Below are positions 19,621 through 29,505 of a stretch of DNA of 64,000 nt, one piece after another (position 1 is the first letter of the stretch; the number at the start of each line of letters is the position of its first letter). A program made the translations under genes and the position numbers. Below the pieces are notes generated by a model. The model was not told the origin of the DNA. It was given only the letters and a program-made list of their open reading frames with translations, and searched no databases. The DNA comes from Candidatus Multivoradales bacterium (GTDB lineage: Bacteria; Acidobacteriota; Thermoanaerobaculia; Multivoradales; J023): assembly GCA_965248925.1 (NCBI GenBank), contig CBDFLE010000005.1, positions 192,001 to 256,000 on the forward strand. Direction: 5' to 3'.

Positions 19621-21288
19621 ATGAAATTGCCTGCGCTATCACCTTTCAGCCGCTGCCTTCTGCTCCCAGGAGTGGTGTGGCTACTCCTGGCTGGCTGGGT
19701 TGCTAGGGCTGTTGCCCAACCTGCCGATCTGGAGGCATGGTTTGAGTTCCGGACGCCAAACTTTAGCCTCTACAGCGATGCTGAGCCCGAGCGGGCGGCG
19801 GCTATCCTGCTCAGCCTGGAGCGTTTCCGGGCGGTCTTTGCCGGCCTGGCACCGGGAATAGAACTGGTTTCGCCAGCGCCGACCCGGATTTTTGTCTTTC
19901 GTGACGAGTCTTCCTATGCTCCCTACAAGACCACCGGGGGCAGGGATGGCGGCCGCGTTCTGGGGCAGTTTCTCGCCCATCGAGACGGCAACTTCATCAC
20001 CCTGAACGGTGGCGCGCGGGGGGTGGGCAGTTATGCGGTGGTCTACCACGAGTATGTGCACTACTTCGTGCGGCACAACTTCCCCAGCGTGCCTTTGTGG
20101 TTCAACGAGGGCCTAGCCGAGTACTACAGCACCTTCGCGGTGGAGGAGGAGAGCGCCTACCTGGGTCGACCGGTCGAGCGCCATGTCCGTTGGCTGAAGC
20201 GTGGTGGCGAGATCGTCCTCGACGATCTATTGGCCAAGTCCAAAGGGCGCTCGAAGTACCACGAAGACGGCCGGGTGGGTGATTTCTACGCCGTCTCATG
20301 GGGCCTGGTGCATTACCTGATGAGTGCCGAGAAGGGTCTCGAGCGGCTCGGCGACTTCCTAATCAAGGTGGAGGACGGCGAGGAGCCGGAAGCCGCCTTC
20401 GAGCAGGCTTTCGATCTGCGCTTGCGCCGCTTAGAGACCGTGCTCGCCGAGCACATGCTGGCCAATACGGCGATCGTCGCCAAGATCCCCCTTGCCCGCC
20501 TACCGGCGCCGGACGCGGTAGACCTCTACCGGCCACCGCCGGCAACTCTACTCGTTGAGTTAGGCGAGTTGCTCGCTCAAAGCGGGCGCCGAGAGGCCGC
20601 CGAAGATCATTTCCAGCTCGCCCTCCAATTCCAGCCCGACAACTCTCGCGCCCACGGTGGCTTGGCCTATCTGCGCGACCTGGTGGGTCGGTTCGACGAG
20701 GCGGCGGTGCTCTACCACGATGTGCTCCGCCTCGGTTGTCAGAGTGCCCTGATCCATCTGCGCCATGGTCGCCACTTGCTGCTGCAAATGAACCAAGCTC
20801 GCAGTAGCGCGGAGAAAATTGCTTTGGCCGCCGCCGCCCGCCAGGCACTGTCCAGAGCGGTCGACTTGGCGCCCGACTTCGCCGAGGCCCGCGCCACCCG
20901 AGGCTACGCCCATCTCTTTGGAGATGCCGACCCGGCAGCAGGCATCAGCGATCTCGAACGAGCCGTAGCGGTATTACCGGAGCGCATGGACGTGGCCTAT
21001 CAGCTGGTGCAGCTCTACGTCGCCGCCGGGCGATTTCATTCTGCCGCCCAGGTGACCGAGGGAGTACTGGCCCGCGGTGCTGATCCAGAACTGGTGATCG
21101 AAGCCCGCCAGCTGATCGAGCGCACCCGCCTTACCCGAGCGGCCGAGAAGGCCCTCCAAGAAGGCCACGGCGAAGAAGCCTTGGAACTCTACGACCGAGC
21201 GATCGAGGCCACCAGCGACCCGCTCCTGCGCGAGCGCATGGAAGAGCAGTTGCTGAACTTGCAAGAGAGCCTGCGGCAGGTTTCCTAG
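19621..21288 (+). CDS. Exported gluzincin-type (DUF1570/peptidase MA-like) domain + TPR protein
   Basis: Signal peptide; HEYVH...PLWFNEGLAEY; C-terminal TPR-like helices. Confidence 0.8.
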   Translation: MKLPALSPFSRCLLLPGVVWLLLAGWVARAVAQPADLEAWFEFRTPNFSLYSDAEPERAAAILLSLERFRAVFAGLAPGIELVSPAPTRIFVFRDESSYAPYKTTGGRDGGRVLGQFLAHRDGNFITLNGGARGVGSYAVVYHEYVHYFVRHNFPSVPLWFNEGLAEYYSTFAVEEESAYLGRPVERHVRWLKRGGEIVLDDLLAKSKGRSKYHEDGRVGDFYAVSWGLVHYLMSAEKGLERLGDFLIKVEDGEEPEAAFEQAFDLRLRRLETVLAEHMLANTAIVAKIPLARLPAPDAVDLYRPPPATLLVELGELLAQSGRREAAEDHFQLALQFQPDNSRAHGGLAYLRDLVGRFDEAAVLYHDVLRLGCQSALIHLRHGRHLLLQMNQARSSAEKIALAAAARQALSRAVDLAPDFAEARATRGYAHLFGDADPAAGISDLERAVAVLPERMDVAYQLVQLYVAAGRFHSAAQVTEGVLARGADPELVIEARQLIERTRLTRAAEKALQEGHGEEALELYDRAIEATSDPLLRERMEEQLLNLQESLRQVS

Positions 21289-21387
21289 GGGCTTTGATGG
21301 CCGCTGTCCTAAGCAGAAGACCGAAGCCACTCACCTGCGTATCCCTGCCTGAAACCTAGTTCGTTCACTCGTCTAGTTTCCTGGCTC

Positions 21388-21428
21388 TTGACGTTTCTGA
21401 CGCTCTGGCTGTAGCATTGTAGGCGTCA
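21388..21428 (+). promoter_or_regulatory. Sigma70-type promoter with inverted repeat upstream of the TA pair
   Basis: TTGACG (21388-21393), 18 bp, TAGCAT (21412-21417); TGACGC (21398-21403) / GCGTCA (21423-21428) inverted repeat. Confidence 0.5.
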
Positions 21429-22126
21429 TGGCGATGCCCCAGAGATCTCACCAGCCCATTCCGGCGTCGGATTCGAGCCCAGCACGGCGACGACTTCTTA
21501 AAGCACTCAAACGGCGACTATTGCGTAAAGCATTCGTGCGTGAGCTTTCCGCAGTCGAGGCGCTTGACCTGGCCGCTCATATCGCGACCGAGCACCCTAT
21601 GTTGGCGACTCGCTACCGCGAGTTGCGGTCGCTGCTCAGGATCCAGGCGCAGTGGAACTCTACCGTCGAGCAGCTGGCGGGCGAGCCACAGCGCCTGCTC
21701 TCTTTAGAGGATCTGGCCGATGGCTCGTTAAAGCAGGCCCGCATCGCCGGCGAGGCGGTAGCGGCGATCTGGGATGAAGAACTCTTGCCGTCTTCCGAGG
21801 TCGCCCGCAGATTCGGCGCCAAACCGACGAATCGAGAGAAGGTCAATGCCCAGCGCCGACGTTCCCACCTCCTCGGACTACCCCGCGAAGGTGGCAGGAT
21901 GTACCTCTATCCCGCGTTTCAGATCGACGCTGCGCGCCAAGAGATCTACCCTGAGGTCAGCAAGGTCAACCAGCTATTTGACGCCTACTCAGATCCCTGG
22001 GGCGCCGCCTCCTGGTGGGTGTCCGACAACGCCCGGCTCGGAGGTCGGCCGATAGATCTGATCGGCACAGCAGAGTCGCCGTCCGTGTTGCGAGCGGCCG
22101 AGGCGCTGCTCGAGCCCATTGGCTGA
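21428..22126 (+). CDS. Putative antitoxin (MbcA/Xre-like C-terminal domain)
   Basis: YPAFQ..., DPWGAASWW.SDNARLGG.RPIDLI; directly upstream of and overlapping a RES gene. Confidence 0.7.
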   Translation: MAMPQRSHQPIPASDSSPARRRLLKALKRRLLRKAFVRELSAVEALDLAAHIATEHPMLATRYRELRSLLRIQAQWNSTVEQLAGEPQRLLSLEDLADGSLKQARIAGEAVAAIWDEELLPSSEVARRFGAKPTNREKVNAQRRRSHLLGLPREGGRMYLYPAFQIDAARQEIYPEVSKVNQLFDAYSDPWGAASWWVSDNARLGGRPIDLIGTAESPSVLRAAEALLEPIG

Positions 22127-22808
22127 GAGCCGGCTGATCTCGGTGCCAAACCTCCAGCCTCCCTGCAGCTACGACGGCACGCCCCGGCGTAGCGTGCTTG
22201 GCGCCGGTACAGTTCTCACCCGTGTCCATCAAGACCGCTTCGCGGCGACCGCCTGGAATCCCAAGCCAGCCGACACCCACTGGGGCGGTGGCCGGTTCGA
22301 TGCCACGACCGATGATCCCTACGGCTTCCTCTATGCCGGCAGCGACGATACTTGCGCCGTCGCCGAGGCGCTGCTGCGGGATCTTCCGGTCACTGATTCG
22401 GGCTCGCGGCTGTTGCTACGGAAAGCCCTTGCCGACCGTCGCATTAGTTGGATCGCACCCACCGTAGATCTGCAGCTTGTCGTTCTGCGGGATGGTAAGG
22501 AGTTGGCGGCCGTCGGTCAGGATTCTTGGCTCACCAAGAGCGAGCCGAGAGACTATGCCTTCACCCGCCGCTGGGGCCACCGGATCCGCGCCTGGGCGCC
22601 ATGGTCGCAAGGTTTCATCTGGCGCTCGCGGCTCGAAGAGGCAAGCCTGGCCTACGTTTTCTTTGCCGACCGCTGCCCGGCGGGCGCATTCGGAGAGATC
22701 CTCCAGCCCGGCTTGGAGCCGCCGAATCACAACCGCCTCGACTACGAACCTGGAAAGAGTTACATCTTGAAGTTGTTGGCGGAGTACAACGTCACGGTTT
22801 ATCGATAG
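22119..22808 (+). CDS. RES domain toxin (NAD+-targeting family)
   Basis: GRFD...FLYAG...AVAEALLR...Y..TRRW...GFIWRSR carrying the R-E-S signature. Confidence 0.85.
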   Translation: MAESRLISVPNLQPPCSYDGTPRRSVLGAGTVLTRVHQDRFAATAWNPKPADTHWGGGRFDATTDDPYGFLYAGSDDTCAVAEALLRDLPVTDSGSRLLLRKALADRRISWIAPTVDLQLVVLRDGKELAAVGQDSWLTKSEPRDYAFTRRWGHRIRAWAPWSQGFIWRSRLEEASLAYVFFADRCPAGAFGEILQPGLEPPNHNRLDYEPGKSYILKLLAEYNVTVYR

Positions 22809-22900
22809 CGAGGCAACGCGGTCGTCTAAGTGGTGCCTTGGAGTGACTTGGCATCGCTCTTCCGGCACGCAACGGGATTGGCGGCACTTTGTCGGGCCTT

Positions 22901-25204
22901 TCACGGCGCTACGCCCAGCGCTTGCAAGCGGAGCTTGGCGCGTGGTGCAACTCTTGGCCCGTCGTGGTGATAGAGGCGGGCGTTGGGGTCGGCGGCGGCA
23001 CGGGTGAGTGCTTGTTCAGCGCTGGCGCGGAGGCGCGGGCCGGTGTTGGCGAGGGCTACCCCGAGCCAGTAGTCAACGGTCGCGGTGCCGATTCCGCCCG
23101 CCACCGCTGGCAGACTCAAGCCGCGTAGCAGACGCACGGCTGCTGCCCAGCGCCCGGCACGGATCTGCAACATCGCTTGGTTGAAATGTACTACCCAAGT
23201 GGGGGTCAGGGGCTCTGGGCGGTCTTCGAGCAACATCAGCTGGGCGTAGGTCAAGGCGATGTGCGACTCCTCGGGCCAGCGCTCGAATAACCTTGGACTG
23301 CTGCCGAACTCGACATTGACGACCCGGGTTCCCTGCCGTGATCGGACGACGAATTCCGCCGTCTGCCCACTTCCGACCCGGCCTAGTTGGCGGTCGAGTT
23401 GGGCGCGACTGGTGACTTCGGATTGGGCGACTGCGACAATGCGGTCACCGACCTTTAGACCGGCAGCGGCGGCAGGCCCTTTGGCGGTTAGGTGGGCGAT
23501 GATCGGGTTGCCGTCGGCGGTGCTGTCGATCACCAATGCGCCGAGCCAAGAGCGCTGCAGCTGAAGGTCGCCAGCGAGCTGCTGCGCTAACTCATCGATG
23601 GCTGCACCTTGGTCGTCGAGCTGCAAGCGGATGCGGTCGGGCTGGGCCGGTGCTGGGGCGGCGGGCCAGACCCACAGATCGGCATGGGTTGCCAGGAGAT
23701 CATTGGCTAGCACGGCCAAACCGTAGAGCAAGCCTGGGAAGCGCTCGCTGACTGCTTGGCGAAAGGCTTGCCAGTCAATCTGCGGGTCGTTGTCGGGATC
23801 GTCGTCGGCTAGCCGACGCAATGCGCTGGCGGTGAGTCCGAGTTCGCCGGCCAGGGCCAGACCTGCCGCCGAACGCTCCAGCACCGTCCAGCGGTCGCTG
23901 GCGGCTAACTTGCGTTGCAGCTGATGACGCAGGGTGCCAGCTTGATTGTCGTCTTGGCCGAGCACTCCGAGCAGCACCAGGCCCGGTCGGGGCTTGATGT
24001 CGATTTCGATACTTTGGCGATCGGCGAGGTCGAGGCGGCGTTCGAAAACGTAGCGCCCGCGGTCGATCACCACCAGATGCCAGGTGTCGGGCGGTAACTC
24101 GAGCCGATCGCGACGAGTTTCTCTGCTGCTCGGCGGCGGGTTGCCGTTGAGCAGCACTCGAGCGCCGTCGGGCAAGCCGCGCAACAGCAGCGTGCCGCGC
24201 TGCAATTCCAGCGGCACCGGTGGCATGCGGTAGTCCTGCAGCTGATCAAAATCGAGGTTGGCACGGTAGGTTCTGTAGCCGTCTTTGACCACTTCGAGGA
24301 GGTGCTGGCCCAGTTCTAACCCCTCAACCACCAACTCGGCAGAGAAGCCCGGCGGGGTGGCGCCAGGTCGACCCTGACGGCGGGCAAGTTCGGCCGCGCT
24401 GGCGGCTACCGTCTGGCCAACCGCCAAGCCATCAAGACGCACCTCGGCGCCACTTGGCCGTGAAGTAACGCGCAACACCGGGCTGATCCGATCGAGGGCG
24501 AAATCAAGAGGCAGGGTGCGCCCGGCTCGCACCTCGAGTGGTTGCACTAATGGGGTGTAGCCGGGGCGCTGGACTTCGAAAGTGTGGATTCCCGCCAACA
24601 CTCCCAATGGCCCGGACCGGTGGTCTAGCAAACGGCCACTGATCCTGACCTCCGCATCGCTAGGTTCGATGGTCAGTTCGAGCAGTCCGAGGACTTTGGC
24701 CCGCAGCTCGTCGAAGCGCTCGGCGAGCTTGGGCGATACTTCGTCGCGAGCCAGATCGAAGGTTGGCTGGACACCGATCACCCGGCCGAGATCGTCGTCC
24801 GCTCCTGAGCTATCGCCGAAGTTGAAACGCACCCGGGCGCGGTAGGCCAGGCTGCGGGCCAACAAACGCCGACCGCGGTCGCCGAGGGTGCCGTTCTCGT
24901 GCCGCGGTTCGAGAGTATCGATGACGTAGGAGAACAGCGATTCGGCCTCGGGTTGGAGCGCCGAGAGAAAGACGTTTTCGGCGTCGCTAAAGTCGCTGGC
25001 CAAACGCTTGAGATCGAGGCCGGGGTCGACGATCGGCGCCGCCTCGAGTTCTTGGTCGGCCAGATCTTGCTCTTCGATCGAGTTGTCGGGCAACTGGGCG
25101 GCGGCGGAGTAGCCCAGCGTGGCCAGGATCATAGCGAGTCCCAGCAGCGGCCAACGGAGAGAGACGTAGGGAGGTTTGCAGCGCATCGGTTTGCTCTCAG
25201 TCAA
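22901..25204 (-). CDS. Exported PEGA-repeat + PDZ + TPR-like protein
   Basis: Signal peptide; PEGA units (IEPSDAEVRISG, SRPSGAEVRLDG); PDZ (GPAAAAGLKVGDRIVAV). Start may be ATG 25186. Confidence 0.8.
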   Translation of the reverse strand: MTESKPMRCKPPYVSLRWPLLGLAMILATLGYSAAAQLPDNSIEEQDLADQELEAAPIVDPGLDLKRLASDFSDAENVFLSALQPEAESLFSYVIDTLEPRHENGTLGDRGRRLLARSLAYRARVRFNFGDSSGADDDLGRVIGVQPTFDLARDEVSPKLAERFDELRAKVLGLLELTIEPSDAEVRISGRLLDHRSGPLGVLAGIHTFEVQRPGYTPLVQPLEVRAGRTLPLDFALDRISPVLRVTSRPSGAEVRLDGLAVGQTVAASAAELARRQGRPGATPPGFSAELVVEGLELGQHLLEVVKDGYRTYRANLDFDQLQDYRMPPVPLELQRGTLLLRGLPDGARVLLNGNPPPSSRETRRDRLELPPDTWHLVVIDRGRYVFERRLDLADRQSIEIDIKPRPGLVLLGVLGQDDNQAGTLRHQLQRKLAASDRWTVLERSAAGLALAGELGLTASALRRLADDDPDNDPQIDWQAFRQAVSERFPGLLYGLAVLANDLLATHADLWVWPAAPAPAQPDRIRLQLDDQGAAIDELAQQLAGDLQLQRSWLGALVIDSTADGNPIIAHLTAKGPAAAAGLKVGDRIVAVAQSEVTSRAQLDRQLGRVGSGQTAEFVVRSRQGTRVVNVEFGSSPRLFERWPEESHIALTYAQLMLLEDRPEPLTPTWVVHFNQAMLQIRAGRWAAAVRLLRGLSLPAVAGGIGTATVDYWLGVALANTGPRLRASAEQALTRAAADPNARLYHHDGPRVAPRAKLRLQALGVAP

Positions 25205-26792
25205 CGACGATCAGTTCCGCTAGACGGCTGTCGGCGATGAACAGGCGGCCGGCTCCATCGACCGTCAGGTCCACAGGGTTGCGCAGTTCGAGGCCGCCGG
25301 CTAACTGCGGCCCCAAGCTGCGGACGGCTTGGCCATCGGGGCCGTAGATATCGACTCGACGATTGCCCCGATCGAGGACGAAAACATAGCCCAACCCGTC
25401 GACGGCGAGTGCCAACGGGCGTTTCCAATTTCCCCGTGCCACGGTGCCGGTCGGTTGGCCGTTGAGTCCTACCCGCAGAACTTGTTGGCCATCGGCGTCC
25501 AAGATGTAGATGCGGCCGCGATTGTCGCGCGCCAAGTCCACCAGTTGCGGACGGGTGGTGGCGTAGAGTTCTTTCGGCGGGGCATCCTGGCTGGTGAAGT
25601 GAAGTAGGCTGCGGGCGCTCTTTTGCAGCACGAACCAGTCGCCGAAGGGGCCGCGCTCGGCAGCGGCCAGACTGCGCAGGGGAGCGCCGCGACTGGAACC
25701 GGGGTCGGTCAGTTGGACGCGGGCACCGGTGAGTGCTCGCATCAGGGTGTCGCTGAGCACCAACCAGGGCTCGCCGTCAAAGCTCCACCAGGGTCGGTCG
25801 GCACCGCGCACGGAACGAGTCCGCAGCAGTTCGCCAGCGGGGGAAATCACCGCGGCGATGCTCTGGCGGTCGTCGAGTAGGAGGATGCGACCCCGATGGT
25901 CGGCCGCTACACCCGCCGCCGCTCGCAACTCCAAACCTCGAACTGGGAAACTCAGTACCCGGCCAAAGGGATCCTGGCCGGCGAGCGGCCTCAGCACCCG
26001 CCGCTGGATCAAGCCGAGTAGCTGGCGGGCCTGCCAAGCGATGTCCTGCCGCAGCTCCTGCTCGGAGTCGGTGGGCTGATCGGGCGGTTGACTGTCGATC
26101 GCTTGTTGCAAAACTTCACTGGCGGTAAGCCATTCGCCGCTGCGCAGCAAGGCTTGGCCGAGGATCAGCAAGCCGCGGCTGTTCCAAGAACTGGGAGGCT
26201 CGTCCTCTACCGCGCTGAGGGCGGCAACCGCGGCGGCTGTTGGGTCGTCGAGCAGCAGATCGATCTCGGCGGCACGGATCAGGGCTTGTTGGCGAGCGGC
26301 GAGACGGGGATAGCGCTCCTGGCCGAAGAGTAGGGCAACTCGGCGCAAGCGGGTGCGGACCTCTTCGTAGGTGGCGCGAGAAGAGGAGCCGGCGAGCCGT
26401 ATCTCGGCATCGAGCAGGCTGGCCTCGGCAGCTTGCGGCGCCTGGGGATAACTGGTCACCAACCGATCGAGAGCGCCGCGAGTGGCATTCAGATCGCCGA
26501 TCAAGCGATTCAGCTGGGCGCTCTGCAACCAGGCGTGGGGTGCCAGGGGGTCGTCGGCGAAGCGTTCGGTCAGAAGGCTTAGCTCACCTACCGCGGCGGC
26601 CGGATCGCCGGCCTTGGCTAGCCGCGCGGCTTCAGTCCACAGGCGCTGGGCAGCCGCGCTCTGGGCATCGAGAGGGGGCGCGAGCAGCAGGGCGAGCATC
26701 GCCAATCGCGCTAGCCTAGCGCAGAGCCGGCGCAAACTAGCGTGCCCCATGAAAGGCTGGTGATGGTGGAGATTTGGAATTGGCGACTCCAT
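25197..26792 (-). CDS. Exported TPR + NHL beta-propeller protein
   Basis: Signal peptide; BamD-like TPRs (LVTSYPQAPQA); NHL units (PLALAVDGLGYVFVLDRGNRRV, PVDLTVDGAGRLFIADS). Confidence 0.82.
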   Translation of the reverse strand: MESPIPNLHHHQPFMGHASLRRLCARLARLAMLALLLAPPLDAQSAAAQRLWTEAARLAKAGDPAAAVGELSLLTERFADDPLAPHAWLQSAQLNRLIGDLNATRGALDRLVTSYPQAPQAAEASLLDAEIRLAGSSSRATYEEVRTRLRRVALLFGQERYPRLAARQQALIRAAEIDLLLDDPTAAAVAALSAVEDEPPSSWNSRGLLILGQALLRSGEWLTASEVLQQAIDSQPPDQPTDSEQELRQDIAWQARQLLGLIQRRVLRPLAGQDPFGRVLSFPVRGLELRAAAGVAADHRGRILLLDDRQSIAAVISPAGELLRTRSVRGADRPWWSFDGEPWLVLSDTLMRALTGARVQLTDPGSSRGAPLRSLAAAERGPFGDWFVLQKSARSLLHFTSQDAPPKELYATTRPQLVDLARDNRGRIYILDADGQQVLRVGLNGQPTGTVARGNWKRPLALAVDGLGYVFVLDRGNRRVDIYGPDGQAVRSLGPQLAGGLELRNPVDLTVDGAGRLFIADSRLAELIVVD

Positions 26793-26813
26793 CAGCTAGG
26801 TTAGTCGGTGGTG

Positions 26814-26873
26814 GTCGATCACAGCGTCGATCAAGGTGTCGGTCACGGTCAAGATCACGGTCAAGATCACGGT
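26814..26873. repeat. Degenerate 6/12-bp-period tandem repeat
   Basis: GGTCGATCACAGCGTCGATCAAGGTGTCGGTCACGGTCAAGATCACGGTCAAGATCACGG, containing two exact copies of TCACGGTCAAGA. Confidence 0.6.
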
Positions 26874-28924
26874 GCGGCCACGAAGATGCGCTGTGCTGGC
26901 TGGTTGATGTCGATGGTGATTCTCTTGCTGCGTTGCAAGCGGGGCCAATCAAACAAGAACTCGTGCTCACCCGCGGCCAGACGGCGGTCGTGGATAGGCG
27001 TGAAGTCGACCACCTGCCCGTCGATGCTGACTTGGCAGTTGGCCGGCGAGGCGACGATCCGCACCGCATAAGCGACCGGCACCGCTAATTTTTCGTGCTC
27101 ACCGCTGCGCAGCGCGACTTGGTAAGTCTGCCTGAAGAAGAAAGCCTCTGCAACCAGCTCGATGCGGTAGTCGCCGGGAGGCAAGTCGATCCGCTGACGC
27201 TCTGCAGCTGGCCAGCGTTTGCCGGCGACGCGGACCGCGATCGGGAAGTTGGCATCGATAGCGATCACCCCCGCGGGGATAACCTGTCGCAGGGGAAGGT
27301 GCAGCCGGCCGCTGGCTGCTTGACTGTCGTCGAGGTGGTCCAGGTCGAGGACCCAGCTGGCTGGGTGATAGCCGTCGAGCTGGAGTTCAAGTTGGTACTC
27401 GCGGTGGCGCTCGAAAGTGATCTCGGCCGGGGTTAGTTGCTCGCTGGCCACGCCATCGATCAGCAGCCGAGCCCCTGCCGGGGCGGTGGTCACGGTGAGC
27501 AAGCGCTGCGCTGGCGGCGAGGCGTTCCAAGCCGGGGGTAGTTCAGCGCCGAGGACGAAAGTTCGCTCGGCAATCAGTCGCTGCCCATCGCGCACCGCCA
27601 GGCGGATTTCGCTGCCGAGTTCACCGTCGAGTTCGATCTCGGCTGGAGTTACCAAACCACTGTCGACACCGTCGCGCCAGATTGCCGCACCCTCGATCTC
27701 GGAGATCACCGGCAGGCGGTAGGGGCCGGCGGCTTGCTCCGCCGGTGCTGCAGTCGCGGCCAAGCCTGGGTCGACGGTGGCCGCAGTAGTTGGCGTGTCT
27801 GTGGACTTGTTGGTCGGCTCGGCAGAGTCGGTGGCACCGCCGCCGAACCACCACCAAGTGGTGGTCGCACTCATCGCCAATAGCGCCAGGCCCAGCCCCA
27901 CGTTGCGGACCAAGTGGCCGCTGCCGGCGGTTGCACGTGCACGCTCGGCAATCACTTGCGGTTCGTTAGCGGCGCCGATCTCGAGCCCCAGGTCGAGATC
28001 GGCGGGAGGCCGCTGATCGAGAACATGGTGGGTGTCGATGGGTTGGGTCACGAGAATGCTGGCGGACGGGTCGGCGGGCGTTCCGAGTGCTTGCCGCTGT
28101 TGCGCTCCCAGAGCTTCGGCCAAGGCTGCGACCATTTCGCTACAGCTTGAGAAGCGGTCGCTCGGGGCCTTGGCCAGGGCGTGGAGCAAGACCTCGTCGA
28201 CCGGCGAAGGCAGCGCGTGATTCTTCAGCTGCGGCCGCTGCGGCTCTTCGTGGACGATACGGTAGAGCACCGAGGATGGATGCTCGCCAGCGAAGGGCTG
28301 GCTGCCGGTGAGCATCAGGTAGAGGATGACCGCCAGCGAGAATTGATCGGCCCGGCCATTGACTGGCTGTCCGAGGATCTGTTCCGGCGCCATGAATGCC
28401 GGGGTACCCACCGTGCGGCCGGTTTGGGTGAGCTGGGCCGAGCGCAGCTTGGCGACGCCGAAGTCAGTGATCTTGGCGTTGCCGCCTTCGTCAAAGAGGA
28501 TGTTGGCCGGCTTGATATCGCGGTGGACAATGCCTTGATCGTGAGCATAGTCGAGGCCACTGGCGATTTGTTGAGCGGTCTTCAGCACCTCGCTCGCGGG
28601 CATTGGGGCACCGCGCAGGCGTTGGTCGAGGCTGTCTCCCTCGATGTATTCCATGGCGATGAAGTAGCTGCCATCGCCGCTGCCGACATCGTAGATGGTC
28701 ACGATGTTGGGATGCGACAACCTGCCGGCGGCGCGAAACTCTTGCTCGAACCGGGCCTCGATCTCAGCTCGCTCGGGGGTGGAGAACGCGGCGTCAAGGC
28801 GCAGTTCCTTGATCGCTATCGTACGACCAATCAGCGGATCGTGAGCTTGGTAAACCGTGCCCATGCCGCCACGTCCCAACACACCATCGGTTTTGAACCG
28901 GCCAAATCGCTTGCTCTCGGTCAC
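26867..28924 (-). CDS. Hanks-type Ser/Thr protein kinase with TM helix and extracytoplasmic PEGA domains
   Basis: LGRGGMGTVY, AIK, HPNIV, HRDIKPAN, DFG, GTPAFMAPEQ; TM VGLGLALLAMSATTTWWWF; PEGA-like repeats. Confidence 0.92.
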   Translation of the reverse strand: MTESKRFGRFKTDGVLGRGGMGTVYQAHDPLIGRTIAIKELRLDAAFSTPERAEIEARFEQEFRAAGRLSHPNIVTIYDVGSGDGSYFIAMEYIEGDSLDQRLRGAPMPASEVLKTAQQIASGLDYAHDQGIVHRDIKPANILFDEGGNAKITDFGVAKLRSAQLTQTGRTVGTPAFMAPEQILGQPVNGRADQFSLAVILYLMLTGSQPFAGEHPSSVLYRIVHEEPQRPQLKNHALPSPVDEVLLHALAKAPSDRFSSCSEMVAALAEALGAQQRQALGTPADPSASILVTQPIDTHHVLDQRPPADLDLGLEIGAANEPQVIAERARATAGSGHLVRNVGLGLALLAMSATTTWWWFGGGATDSAEPTNKSTDTPTTAATVDPGLAATAAPAEQAAGPYRLPVISEIEGAAIWRDGVDSGLVTPAEIELDGELGSEIRLAVRDGQRLIAERTFVLGAELPPAWNASPPAQRLLTVTTAPAGARLLIDGVASEQLTPAEITFERHREYQLELQLDGYHPASWVLDLDHLDDSQAASGRLHLPLRQVIPAGVIAIDANFPIAVRVAGKRWPAAERQRIDLPPGDYRIELVAEAFFFRQTYQVALRSGEHEKLAVPVAYAVRIVASPANCQVSIDGQVVDFTPIHDRRLAAGEHEFLFDWPRLQRSKRITIDINQPAQRIFVAAP

Positions 28925-29505
28925 TCGGGAATCACTCCGCAGGGTCTGCGCCTGAAGATTGGCGCCGGATGAGAGGCTGATTGTAGCGCGGGTGGGGTGG
29001 GTGCGGCGTCAATTCGATCGACTCGAAGCCAGCTTCGGCGGCCCACCGCTGGGTGAGTAAGAATGGGCTTGCAAAGTTGAATATTTCAATAGCTGCTGCG
29101 CCAGAACGTAGGACCTACTTGCTGCCGTAGCGGCGACTCCGAGCGGAAGTGATTGGCCAATGAATAGCTCCCTTGGGACTAGCAATTGCCCACGGATCTG
29201 GCACAATGCCCAGGCAGAGAGAGCTAAATTTTCTTTTTTCGAGCTTCTGGGGAATCCTCCCACGAGCCAGCGTCTGGCAGCGTCTTCAGATCTATGCGGT
29301 AGATCTATCCGGGGTCCGAAGGCGCGCAACACTGCGGACCCGCCTTGCCCGCTCGCCTTGATGGCACTTGGCAGCGGTGTGGGGAGAGACAAGTTCACTG
29401 ACCGACCTCGTAGTCGGCGTGCGGCTTTTTGGTGTTCGTCCGAGCCGAGCTGTAGTTGGCAGCCGGGCAACGCTGGAACCACGCGCTTCGGGGAGGAGAT
29501 CGACC

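Noticed and set aside
21428-22808. Functional link between the RES toxin and the pncB-nadE-pncA cluster
   Set aside because: They are about 15 kb apart with unrelated genes between; the shared NAD theme may be coincidence
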